64,000 nucleotides of DNA, taken from Balanoglossus misakiensis (Eukaryota > Animalia > Hemichordata). Below the pieces are notes generated by a model. It saw only the letters and a program-made list of their open reading frames with translations, was not told the DNA's origin and searched no databases. A program made the position numbers and the translations under genes. Below, in pieces: positions 42,077 through 55,242 of this stretch (positions are counted from its first letter, which is position 1; each line of letters starts with the position of its first letter). Where the stretch lies: assembly GCA_040954595.2 (NCBI GenBank), contig CM082594.2, forward strand, positions 6,902,840 through 6,966,839. Direction: 5' to 3'.

Positions 42077-42555
42077 TGGTCATCTAAATATATTTACATT
42101 ATTTCAACTTGCAAACTCGATATGAAAAGTTGTTTTAACAAGCTCCTGTATTCTTCTTGCGCAATATATACCAGCTTTGCAAAGAACGCCGGAAAACGCC
42201 ATGAATTTGGGTGGTTGAAGGAAATCTTTCGTTGATGACAGGCAGTGCGAGATTTCTGTGTTTGAAAAACACCTGCTAGCTTTTAAGTTTTAAATGTTCT
42301 CTTTTATATTTGGAAATTGGCAGTTAAGCTGTGAATATGTTTCACTGCTGTATGCTGATGGAATATGAATGGCTGTTGAACACTCATCGCTTAACAATAT
42401 TGGCTCAACAACTTGCAAAGACCATCACGAAATAAGATGTTATGTACATATATCTTGAAAAACCAACACAAACTCGTCGTGCCAAAACGAGACAAGGCCA
42501 CGCCTAAAGCTTATTGCATAAATACAATGTGTATTCACACTCTATATTCCTTTTG

Positions 42556-45500
42556 TTATACGGCCGTATTTTTCGGTATTTGTTCGTGAGGCGCCCCATG
42601 GCCGTGGAGGTGGTGAAGCGAGAGTGGAGTGTGAACGTCGTTGTCTTCGCCCCTGTAGGTCCGCTTGTTCTTCTTAGGGGGCGCCATCACCGGTCGGAAA
42701 CAGTGGATGCATTCGTCCACAAAATATTCCAAAATCTGTATCAGTGTGACGATGCTGGCGCCTAGGAACAGCCCCATGTTACCACCAAGTTGACCTGTGG
42801 GACAAAAAATAATGTCGTAAATGATATTGTCGTTGTGATTTATAATAGATGGTAGTCTTCAGGTTCCATAAGGAAACAGTCCCAAATTCAACGTAAAGAA
42901 TTTTCATTTACAAATGTCAAATGGAACCTAATATTGCTATAGCTGCAGTATGATATTATCGGAAAACCCGAATACCAAGGAAACTGGTAAATGAATTAAA
43001 TATTCCACTGTCATTGTTTACAAAAGGGTTGGGTAAAACACCCTTTCGACAGTTTTTACACTTCCTTGGGAAACGATATCGATATAAGACCGTGAATAAT
43101 GTTTGAAATTATTACACAATTCATGATGTCGATCACACACCTCTCTGAAAACAGTAGAGACGGCCCTGGAATCCTTCCAGACATCTTCAATTTTAATTAC
43201 TTCACAAACCACGTTCAGTTGTAATTATACATACCAAATGGCCTATAATTTACTCTGTGTACCCTTGTCAATAAAACTAATACCGACTTTAACGACTGCC
43301 ACTTAATCAGACACTTGATCTGAATTACCAACATATAGGCAGCATTGACGGAGATTAGTGACATTTGATTTAGTGATCCCTCCGGGAACATTCATTTATC
43401 TGTGTCCGGGGCAGGCTTTCAAAAACCAGGCCGTGTTATGGGAGCTTTCGTATTAGCAGAAGATTACCTAACATCATCTGCCCAATTGAGATTTCAGGCA
43501 CATAACGGCGCGTGGCTCTTAATGGATCAGATTCAATGACAAGATGTGCGACAGCGATGAATGCAACATAGTGCAACATTTATGTTGACAACGAGGAATG
43601 GTTTAATCTGGTCTGCGTATGAAAACTTGTTGGTTATGTATCAACATTAGCCCGGAGACGCGGGCTTTACACGGGCTTTGGTCTAGGGGAAGTTATGACT
43701 GGAGAATTAGAGTATTTATCAGTAAGCTTGCCTACAATGAGTAAATTTGTGACTGCTTTTGCATGCGTTGAAATTTGCATCAGGCATGTGGCTGCGGTGT
43801 ATATCTGTTTACCATATTTTCATGATCATGGTTCCGTTGTTAGTGAATCAAGTGTGTGCAAATGATTCCTGGTGGAACTTACCCAACAAGCCAACTAAGG
43901 AAGTCTCGGGAAGCTGCGTCACAGTTTCAAAGTTCAATTCTTCATAGAAAACGGTCAATACCAGTATGTTATTGCTGTGGAAAAATAACACCAAATATGA
44001 CAAAAAAATTAATTCCAAGATAATTTGATTTATTTTTTATTCAATGGGTGACTATCAGTTGAATTCTTGCCCTGGTCGTGCAAATGTTAAACAACAGTAT
44101 CAAAGTCAATTCTTTTGTTTATCATGCAGTAATTAATTAAGCAACCTTCCCCCAAGGATTTTGACTAGGTCACGACACATATCTATAGCGTTCACCAATC
44201 AGAACGCTTGATACGCGCATGCTCTATCATTTTCGTCAGTGCAGCGGTAGGCTTCACACCGCCTGCCCATGCCCCTCCCCCCTCTCCCCGGGCACCACAG
44301 CATTTCATCTGTCGGCTGCGGCTTTTGATTTTCTTTGGGACAGGAAAACTTAAGGTACAGTATTTCAAGTTAATTATGTGACAACAGCACGCCACGTAGC
44401 CACACAGGCATGTATGGGACGACGACCGACCGACCGAACGAGAGCTCTGTTTTGTGAACCACGTGTTGTGCAGAAGGGGGGGGGGGATATAAACAACGAT
44501 ACTAATTTGCCAACGAGGTTAATGTTGAGTGCGATGTTTGTCGTTTGTGTATATCTGCAGCCTGAGGCTGAGACGGGCACATATACCGGTATGTGCGATG
44601 AAAGAAGAGGCGCCACAGATGGGACAGATGGGACGTCGGACACCTGCTCTTTCAATGGAACATATGAACTCTGTGTTTTGAACTGTGGAACTGGACAGGT
44701 AAACAAGAACGATTTTGATGTTGCCCAAGAGGACATCCCTACCAGATGCGGCGAGATCTTTGTATGTTTGATGTTTGTTGGTAAGTGTGTCATTATTATC
44801 TTCTGCGAGCGCCCTTTTTTTTGACCGGAAACATGCGCGGTACAGATGCTTGTCCAGCTGATCGCAGCGTTGCAGCAGACGACATTTTGGGTCAACTCAA
44901 AATGGAGGCGTACGCAAGCGCCTTTGTGACAGATTATCGGAAACATGCCATTTTTTCTTGGCATTATGTAGCTATACTGTAATATTTGTACTGTTTATAT
45001 CGCTTCGCTTACTGGAAATGTATATTTCATTCAAGCGAGCAGTAAACACGTGTAATCACATCCGGGTCACTGGGATGCGTCTCCTCGACCAATCAGATTG
45101 CCTTATTAACGTCAACGTACGTGATGTAATGGTATAATAAAATTAATATTCACGCACACGCGTAACTGTGCTCAAGGCGATTTGCAATTAATAAAAGACT
45201 TGACGTCTACGCATATCAATTTGTGTGCGGAGGGAAATGTAGAATTTCCACTTACTCGATGTACTCCTGTGTGTAGTTCGACATTGCCGGTGATTTGCCC
45301 GATCTGTCTGGCTTTAGACGGCAGTTTGACGGTGTGACGGAAAACACCTCGCTGTCGCACGGTGTGTGGCAAGGGCAGTCGAACTCTAGGTGACCTTCGA
45401 TGTATTCAACTGCATGAAAAAGTTGATATCAGGAAAAAAAATATTGTTAGTTCAGCTTTTGGTGTTGAATACGCTTTCTGACCTAAGTGTTCAAATAAGT

Positions 45501-48500
45501 TTCAATGGAAGTTTTTTTTTACCTTTTTGTAACTTTTAAATCGACCATATTGTTTCAGACTAAAGTTCTAATAATGCGTAATCAGCTGAATATACGTTCA
45601 TTATTTCCATTCCTGGTAAAATGGCATACATATATACGGAAAATTGAAAGTTTCTCTGCTCAGATGTCCGAGACTGAATAATACCGGTACTAAAGCAAAA
45701 CAAAACAAGGCAAAACAAAACAAAACAAACAAAATAAAACAAAAGAATTGAAAATTACGTAGTTTGGTGTGCGCACACTCCTTCACAACCGCGGGAGTGC
45801 AGACCGGACCATTCCCTGGCTGTTCCACCAATCTGCACCCGCACTTTTCAAGTAACAGCGCAGTCTCGCATTCGATGCGACACGCTGACATGGAATAGTG
45901 GTCGAAGTATTTGCTGCCCATCGATTTTCTGTCGCATTTTCCGTAGGGGGTCGGCAAACGCTGTATCTGTGAAAAACACGCACGCAAACTTGAAATAATC
46001 GGTAAATTCCCACAAAAACAATGGCCCGTTTTGTTGTAGATTGCCAAAGTTTTGGTAGTTTGGAGTGCTAGCGCTTTTGTGCAACACTTAGGAAACTTGG
46101 AAAGTTGGGGCACAATGAACTAATTATTGCAAATTCAGATAATGTGTTGGCGCAAAAGTTGCCCGAATCGCTCACCTCCTGCCTGGTTATCGCAAGAAAG
46201 AAGTGGCTACCAGGTCCCACGGCAAAGCCCAGCTGTTTGGGATATGGAGGTTCTGTTGGCGGGTGTATCATCAACTTGAAGCCAACGTTGACGAAGGAGT
46301 CTTCCAAGTCATTCGTGGGCAGATGATCCGCTGTTTGGGTATTCAGGACAACTCGAAGACCGTTATCTAAAAAAAAATCAGAGTCTATAGTAACGGTATT
46401 GTCGTTAAAAAACGGATCGATTTGTCGGTCGCTGTTTCAAGATAAGCAAAATTACGTGCGTTGCTTCATTGCGTTTTTATCTGATTTCCACGAAATTTCA
46501 AGCCAGTAAAGTTTCTTTAACACAATATATTTTGACAACAATGAAAAGTTTAGACTACGTTCTGTGCCTCATTTAGATATACTTTTATGCAGGCGTTAAG
46601 TCAACCGTGTCCATAAAGTACATTATCCTACTCCTGGTGATATTTCTGACGGATATGATGAGTGATAAAGGACTATCTGCTACCCCAACTGTTTTTTCTC
46701 TCTCTCAAAAGCGAAAATGTAAAACACCCGATTTCTATCTTTGCTTTGAATATATTTTGTACCATATAGTGTAATGTTATACTCCAGTGACCAGAATGAA
46801 ATCAGGTCCTTTAACACGCAGTGCATTCTTCAGCATCGATGAATCGATAAGATGTCTACAGCTTACTCATCTGTGACAGCGACTCCGTCCAGAATTCGAA
46901 TACCGCAAACACAAGGAAACGTGACGTACACACGTAATCTTTTGCCCCCGCTTTTTAACTCGCCGCTGTTTAGTCGGAAACAACAAATCACTTTCATGAC
47001 AACATAATACTGTCAATCAATTTTCATCGCACAGTGTTACCGTATTACTTCGGCCAGAGAAATCAAAAGTAGATTTTGACATTTTTTTCAGTTGAGTTGA
47101 AATGAACGGGTTAACATACCTGTACCGGGCTTAGCAGCATGGCGCAGTTCCCTATCACTATCGTACACGTTGAATACGAAACAGTTGCCATAGTGAGTAA
47201 ACACGTGCACAAAATCATTTTCTGGACAAGCATGTCCATTCCAGGTGCACTGAAATAAAAAGACGACGTCAACGAACTTATTTGGGTTAATACATAGAAT
47301 GGGCGAACTCCAAAAGTAACATGTGCTTTATAGGGGATATGAACATTATCACAAAACCTTGAAATTTCGCATTTCCAACTACATTCGCGCTCAGGTGTAG
47401 CTGCAAGACATTGGGTTAGTACCTGTGTAATGGTATCCTTCAGCTGACTGCCAGCCCGAAGCGTGAATTCAGTGAAATTGAATTTCTTTTCCGCCTCGCT
47501 TCTCCAGTCCAGGTCTTTCAAGTGCTGCACAAATTCATCAGAAAAGAGGTCTGGGTATGATAGATTGCCCATTTCGTCCATCAGACCTGTAAAAATCACA
47601 ATATTTAATTTGTACAACTATATTGGCCTTGGTAGTTTAAAATTGAGAGTCTTACATGACACATAACTTTCATGTCTGTTCGAATTTGCAGTCTGAGTGT
47701 CACAGTAATGTAATTAACGTCACACCTGAACTGCTTTCTCCTGTGTAAAATGATCAGATGATTATATTCAATAAGCGAATGACCTGATCGAAGAATTTAG
47801 ACTGCGTATAGGCAGCAATGGTGTTCATCAGATGCGTGGAACACACATTCATTAAGACAAAAAAATATAATCTTCAGCCAGTGCCAGTTGAATACATATT
47901 ACATGTGGTGGACAGCATTGCATTAACGCGTCGCATCACTAATCATGCATTAATCATACGAAAGACAACTGGGTTGCCAAGCCATTGCCGATAGAGAGAT
48001 GTTTAAACCACAGATAGCGCTAAAACGTATGCATTTCTTGAGGCTTCCTACAGTGCCGTGTTGACTACCCTGTCATCCGTTATTTTCCCCAAACTGAGGA
48101 AACTCTGACTCGAGAACTAGGTGTCCGCTGAGCTTTATTTGTTCTCTTGCTTATATATTCTCTTCAGGTATATCAGTCATCACGAAGTACCATTATCATT
48201 TAGTTTTCAAGGTCAGCTCATGTAGGAAATATTTTATTTATAGGCGCGTAGATATACAATGATAATGCGACCGTCTATAGTCGACGCAACAAGTGAAATA
48301 TCTCTGCAGGTGCGATATCCGACACATCAAACTTTATTGCCTCGGTTGACCATTATTCCCATCACATAGTGATGTCCACAAGTAAATCATAATCTAATGA
48401 CACCAGAGTGTCACGACAATTTCAAAGACAACCAATGCATGTCGTCATAACGTATATAACACAAAGTAAAGCGCCTTCACCAGTTTTATCCGACTTCAAA

Positions 48501-49249
48501 TTAATTTATTTTGAAAAATAATCATGACGAATATACGACGATAAAAACGCTCAAAAAGTCACGGCTTTCAACTGTCTAATATGTACATAGACAGTCCACT
48601 TGTAAATAAGGGACATTCTCGGTGGCCAAAGAACAGAAAAGACAACGCAACACAAGCGCATAACAGAAATGCATCCAAAATTTTGGCCATAAATGAAACT
48701 TCCCAGATGTTTGCTTGAGCCGAACGAATGTCAAGATATGAGGCTAGACAACCTTTTTTGTCTTCCTATATTCTCAATTCAGATCATTTAATGATACTCA
48801 CCGAGAGGTTGTCCAACATGAACCATGTCTGTCGGTGTAATAGCCGTTCGCCGGTACTTGTTGAAGTTGCATACTGTAATGGCTGGAAACGGCATGTTTG
48901 GAAGGTATTCCACGTCGACTTTCGTGACATGGTGGAACTCGCTGTAGTTGATGGCGGCACCTATGCACTGCTGGAGCAGAAACGCCAAAGACGCTAATAC
49001 CACCAGCGTCCAGAGCACCCTCCGAATGAACGATCGCTCGGTGACCGTGTGTTTGACCCCGTGGACATCGGAGACCTGGGCCGCCCAGACTTGCCAGCGA
49101 GTCGCCGGCGTCGAGTTGGGGTCCACCTTCGGGGTGTCGGGGGATGCATAGGAGGAGTGCTTGGCCACGGACGCCGAGACGGACGAGGGGAAGACGTTGT
49201 TATTTCTCCGGGAACGGGCGCTGTCATAATCGTCTTCCTTCATCTCCAT
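42556..49249 (-). CDS. ASIC: Acid-sensing ion channel-like DEG/ENaC subunit; 8 exons
   Basis: Exons: 48802-49249 (SDVHGVKH, TM1, FHHVTKVD, MPFPAITVCNFN), 47423-47586, 47120-47249 (CTWNG..FTHYGNCFVFN), 46176-46366 (NGLRVVL, GFAVGPG), 45759-45966 (LPTPYGKC, YSMSACRIECET..CGCR), 45256-45409 (CPCHTPC), 43883-43974 (LTVFYEELNFE), 42556-42794 (GQLGGNMGLFLGASIVTLIQ; ends TAV*). Membership in DEG/ENaC is certain; ASIC subfamily is likely. Confidence 0.9.
45692..45745. repeat. Degenerate (AAAAC)n microsatellite just after an ASIC splice donor
   Basis: AAAGCAAAACAAAACAAGGCAAAACAAAACAAAACAAACAAAATAAAACAAAA. Confidence 0.85.
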
Positions 49250-52200
49250 TATGCCGGCGATCCGTCGGTGCCTGGCGCGATGATGCAGCCGATCCGATGC
49301 CAGCAAATCCGGACACTGAATGTGTGACAGCCGAACACCTGCTGACAATAGTAGATTTGCATTTCAACAGAACAAGTCAAATCGATGCGAATTCCACATC
49401 TGCGCTAATACACACACCCGCTTCTTATAATATACCAATCTCCAGGCAGGGACACTTGGCGGACTGTACTCTCCACATATTTAAAACCCGTAGTCCTCAG
49501 AGTCAATAAATAAATCTCGTCACGTTTGCATGACGCACAAACTAGATATAAATATTTCAGGGAAACACTGACAAAGCCAACGATCGGTACGATGCAAAAA
49601 TTACCGACAAGGGTCATTCCATATTTGTTACAGGGGTGGAGATTCTTTTAAAAAAAACTTTCACCACAGTGTGCATTTTCGGTTAAATTAATTTTATAAA
49701 CAACTAATGCATTTACAAGTAATTATGACTACTAATAGTGATGTGCTTTAACACATGAAGTATACTGCGTGCATGATTTCCGCCAACATGTATCAAAGAA
49801 CAGATTTCATAATTGTTGAAGTCTGTTTGTAACTTCAATAACATGTACCAAAGTATGTATGTGTAATGTTTAAAATCTTGTGCTGGAACATCTCGGAATC
49901 AAACGTGTAAAAACGAAAATAGTTCTGTTATTTTTTCATTACCAATCATGGTTCTAACCGGACGCGCCCAAAAGGTATAACCTCTTAAAACTGTTTCACA
50001 CCTGTTGCATCATTGCAGTCCAATTATACGAAGTGTATACGAAGTGTACACAAAAAAACACAGACTATCTTGCAAAACTCCCATATACTGGTCCAGTGGG
50101 CATGTCCAAAAACCAAAAAGTTTTTTACAAAAATGTGTACTAGTTTCCTTTCAGAGGTGTCCATCCGTTTTCCATACATAAATATCAGAGTTGCGTAGCT
50201 TTTTTTAAGTGGCAGATGTTAGTAAAATTGGATCTTTATAATCTAACAGTATGTACGAGGACTTAATTTATGCCTTAACCTTCCGAACTTAAAACACTTT
50301 AGGTAATAAAATCACTTTGGTTTGTTTTACAACTGAGATATTTATCTTGGACCAAATGTAAAAAATAATAATGTACGTCACAGGAATACTGATGCATGTA
50401 CAAAAATGTATGTAGTTTTGTGTGATTGCCAGAGTCAGATGAAGAGCCAAAAAGGCATAATTTTCGGGCCTAAAAGACCCTGACAAAAATCTCCGTCGAG
50501 TGTCTCCCAAAGCATGGCAACCGGTGAAAGTCTAAATCAATGCAAGAAAATCCTGTATGTAAAGCAGTTATTCGACAGTACAAGAAAAGATCGGACAGGG
50601 AAAGTATTTGACACCATTTCAGAACTTTATCAAATTTAATGGCATTGTGTTATGGAATTGGTGTTCCATTGTATTTTATATTGGTATGGATTCCACTTTC
50701 GTGGTGGTGTTGCCATGGTGACCGTTACTTGGCCGACTTGAATGCCTGATCTGACACGCTACGGATGGAGGGGTTTCCCAATCTCGCCCTTGGTGAGTTG
50801 CGCACCAATCAGAAGTGCGTTCTGGATCACGTGATTAGCTTGTCTACCATGTGTTTTTGGCTGATGAGGAAGGAACCCCAAGTTTCGGCTGTGGGCTACG
50901 TTTCCTGACTAGTCCTATTTTATCCCTGCCGAATGGCCAGCCTCGGGTCACCGATCGCGAAATCTAAGACGTGTTTACCTTAGCAGTTCGGGTGTGGGCC
51001 GATATTTTCGTCAAAACGTGTGCTTCACGGCGAGTTCCGACTGCCTTGTTAAGAGACAAAACTGTTTGTGAGAGGCATGCACGGGTCAGCCAACGGGCTA
51101 CATGTACCAGTTTTAAGAGGTAGCTCGTTCCAGTTTCCGTCACAATTGTGCATGTACGGGATTGTTAGGGCAACTTTGGTTAAGAAAACCCTTTCGAATA
51201 TTCGCCAAGGTCTGGCTCGACGCAGTGGTCAGGTTTGGTCGCTAAATGTTGTTTGTTGAGAACCGTTGTATTGTGTGCAAAAGGGGCCACAGGAGTTTAG
51301 GGTACTGTGTTGCGCTCTGGGCACCGTACTCCTCACGGGATCTGTTAACGCAGGTCAGCGCAACACGTTACCTCGGGCTTTTGTATCGCCTTCCTTTGCT
51401 GTGACATTTAATTTTACTGTCATTTCTGAAGAAGCCCTGAAAACTCATTTCATCAGGCACAGGGGTAGATATCTGAGCGTTTCCCCAGGGACAGTTGGTT
51501 GAAATACTAGGGATGAACGTGATAACGGTAGACGGTTAGATAAAGTAGAACGATCAGTTTGTGGTATGGCACAACAACTTCAAACATTTATGCAGAAGTT
51601 TTGGAAAAGATGTGAAAACAAGGCATAGTGGACACCGCCCTCACGCACCAGACGGCGGTAACAGCTGAGGTGCATTCATATCAGGCTCAAGACAATACAG
51701 TGTCCTCATCAATGAGTTCCCACTGCCATGGCAACAGCTCTGTTTGTGTAGCGCCTCTCACAAACAGCGCTGAGGTGAACAGTTCAGGTTTCTGTCACAA
51801 TAAACATACTGCACTGACTATGGCCGTAGCTTGTACGGTACAACTTTACCAGCCTGTTGTCATGACGCCCCCTGGCGTTCAAATTGAACCATCCACTCGT
51901 TCTTTATTCAGGACGTTGACACTTCCAATAGAAAAAAAACCTCAGCACAATAAATCTAAGCGCAAGATTATTACACAAAAATTGACGGATGCAATCCAGC
52001 TCTGCAAGTTACACGTGATTGATGCATGATCAATAAGATACCAAGGAGGAAATTGAATATTCCACATCCGGGTTGTAATGATACTTTCCTCAAAGAAGTT
52101 AATATCATCGTATCAAACTACGAACTAAATGGATATATGTCGTCCGACCCAAACCTATAATTCACAGTTGTGGTCTGTCTGTTTGTGTATTATATACTCA

Positions 52201-53531
52201 AAAGTATAGCCAATCATATAAATCTTGATAGTATCCGCACAGAGTTTTACATGGTTTTAAGTACATTGTAAATAAAATAAATTTGATCATAAAAAAATCT
52301 TGTACTCGCAATTCAATCTACACGCTAACATACCACCATCGACGAAAAAAAATCGTATGCTTATGTCATGAAAATTATGCTCTCTTTAATAATTGTTTCC
52401 TCAATAGCATAAGGGTACATGTATTAAATAGTTGTCAGAAAAGTACACATTCTTTAGATCATCGAAAGAAATGTATCAGTTCTGTTTTCAATGAGCTTGT
52501 GATAATGATCAGTGTATTATATTTATAGTGAACAGTATAAGATGAATAATCTACCATGAGAAAGTATAATAAGTAAAATAATGTCCAAAATAAGTGACTT
52601 TTACCAAATTTACTCACTTTGGATAATATTTTGATTATTTTAGTCTCTTTTGATAGATTAGTCATATTTTTAGAATCACTGAAATATGTGTTTTTACCAG
52701 TTGTTACAACTCAATTCACACCATGTATATGGGCATAATATCTGAATACTGCTGTGCTACAATTATTTGGTATTTGACCAAAATTAAATGATCAAAGTAT
52801 TCATGTGTTTTATGCACATATGATATGCTGGGCGTGAGTTGAGTTGTGACAACTGGGCATTTAGCATAAGTTAGTAAACCGAACAAAGGCAGATAAGGTA
52901 TGAAAAGAGGAAATAACCATAATAGTGTCAAAAGTGGGAGATTTTTCTTACTTCAACATAAGTTGTGGTGTTACTGAAGTGAAAAAATGATAAAGTTATC
53001 ACGGAGAACGTATAGTTAACAATAGAGTTCAATGATATAATTGATGTGTCAATCCAACTATCTTCAAATGCCACCCCCTATTCAATCACCTCATCTTGTT
53101 CAAATGCCCCTGTCTTTCTTCATTTTTTCTCACCAAACAATTGTATGCCACATTCTTTTATTTGAAAATCTATTTGCTCACACCAATACTCCGTAACGAA
53201 TATTTTATGAGATTCACAGCATTCATTGTCCTGGGCTTGTAAATTGCAATTAAAAAGACAGGTTATAAAAAGTGGTAAAACAGTTACATTTTTATTGACT
53301 AATAACTTAAAGACGCGTCGCTTGCGCCTAGCCACTACACAATATTGGCAAACTGTCAAACAACATTAACAAATATTGCGCACAGTAATTGTCCTACATT
53401 ACTCGACCGAAGGCATATTTCCAGGTAGTCAATATTAATATTCTTTATAATAAAACTTTATTACTAATTAATTTGACAAAAGCAATAAAATTTGCAGAGC
53501 GTGTGCAAAGTTGTTAGTGGGACTTTTCAGA

Positions 53532-54321
53532 TTAACTATCCAGGTCATCGGTTGATCTGTCTTCGTCGATATCCTGCCAAGCGAGTAAAAGTCTGGCCAC
53601 CACTGAATCTATTGGATCCTGGGGCACATCTGAAAGAGAAAGAGATTTCACTGAAACCAGAGCAATCAATCTGTGTTTAAATATACATGCATTTCAATTT
53701 TATTAACATATCGATTAAGGGTCCTGCTGAAGCATTGAATTTCCCTTCACCCATAATAACCTTGACAAGTAAAATTAAAATTTTAAGGAAACATAAGGAT
53801 TGTACATAACATGTGAATATTCTGATAATGTAAGAGTCGACGAAAGTTGATCGACGTATATTGATTTGATTACTGATAGTTAAACATTTCTATCGAAGCA
53901 GAGCAACATTAAAAATCATCCAATGTAAAATAAATCACAAAAAGCATTGACATATGATACATGTATATTTAAAGATTTATTGAGTCCTGGAGATTAAGAG
54001 CATCAACTGTCATTCCGAAAGACAAATGCCAAGCAAACATTTTCACTATCCCAGATGATATACAGACTAAGCAAAATTCCTTAAAGCCAAACCATGGTCA
54101 AATAGGACGTTTATAGCTTAACTAGTGGTACTTTTTTTTTTACAGAAAAAAGGACAAACAATGATTCCAAAGACATTACCTGTCAAAGCCCGTTTGAATC
54201 CCGGATTCTTCCCACAGTACTCACTCCAGTGATCTCTGCATGGTATCGGTCGCCTTTGTCTCCGAGCAGCAGCCATTGTGACGAGTAGAGTGACCAGGAA
54301 GATGGCAATTTTTCCATTCAT
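53532..54321 (-). CDS. 79-aa secreted peptide precursor (neuropeptide/hormone-like), two coding exons
   Basis: Exon 54180-54321 (ACAG|gtaatg, phase 1) joined to exon 53532-53629 (ctttcag|ATGTG..TAA) gives MNGKIAIFLVTLLVTMAAA-RRQRR-PIPCRDHWSEYCGKNPGF-KR-ALTDVPQDPIDSVVARLLLAWQDIDEDRSTDDLDS*. Good start context (GCCATG), signal peptide, basic cleavage sites and an acidic tail. Confidence 0.8.
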
Positions 54322-54689
54322 GGCGTCCGAGTGTTGTAAATTGCGGTATCGTCTGATGGAGAATCTAAGATAGGTAGGGATATATTCTTGATTTCTGATG
54401 GTAGAAAATCAAGGAGTAAAAACTGCATAGCTGTGGCTCCCAAGAAATGTTATGTTGTTCTGCTATCATTTTGCTGTCTGCTGTTAAATTATCTAAATAA
54501 AATCACATACACCTGTCCAAATAAATTTACAAATACTGTACCAGAAAAACAAATGCACCAACTTCACAAGAGACAGATGATCAAATTCGAAATTGTCATG
54601 ACACCATGACTACAAAGTTGCATGGAAAAATAATGTCATCGTCGATTATACAAGATTAGAATTTCTTTGGATGCGTGGTTAAAGTATCA

Positions 54690-54790
54690 GTCTTACCTTG
54701 CGAGGTGAAAATTCAACCGAGACTGCTAAAACAATTCTGTTCTGAGTTAGTACCGTCTATGTCCGCAAGGTTGCGGCCTCCCTTATATAG
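54690..54790 (-). promoter_or_regulatory. TATA box and short non-coding first exon of the peptide precursor gene
   Basis: The minus strand reads CTATATAAGG at 54781-54790, followed by a CAAG|gtaaga donor at ~54697 and a tccatcag| acceptor at ~54353, 31 nt before the ATG. Confidence 0.6.
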
Positions 54791-55242
54791 TCATTCGTCA
54801 AACAGCAGGGGACATGCATCCGCGAATTACCGAAGACGTCGGCAGGAAGCCGACTCGACCGGTATACTCGCGACGGCGTCTCTGTCGCTTCATATTTGAA
54901 ACAAATTTATCTGTGCGCCCTATTTGCAGAAATAATCCCCGCATGAAGCAATATCGCCGCTGTGAATGATCACATTCAACTAAACAACGCGTGCAACAAT
55001 TGCGCCTGTCACTAATCATTACAGCGATTGCATCAAACGGCGAAGATGCATTGGCGTCTGATGGATAATCTGACGAACCAAACTTCAATTTCACCGCGGG
55101 CAACGTCCGCTGGTTAATCAATTGACTTGTACGCATGATTGTTAATTAATTAGGCTATCCGTGTTTCCGGATGATCAAGGCCAAGTTTAACGGCAAGGTT
55201 TCATTATTAAATTATGTTCTGATTGGACAGGTAACCTAAAGA

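Noticed and set aside
49250-49348. N-terminal extension MSAGV... of ASIC
   Set aside because: It starts at a TTG; the first in-frame ATG is at 49249.
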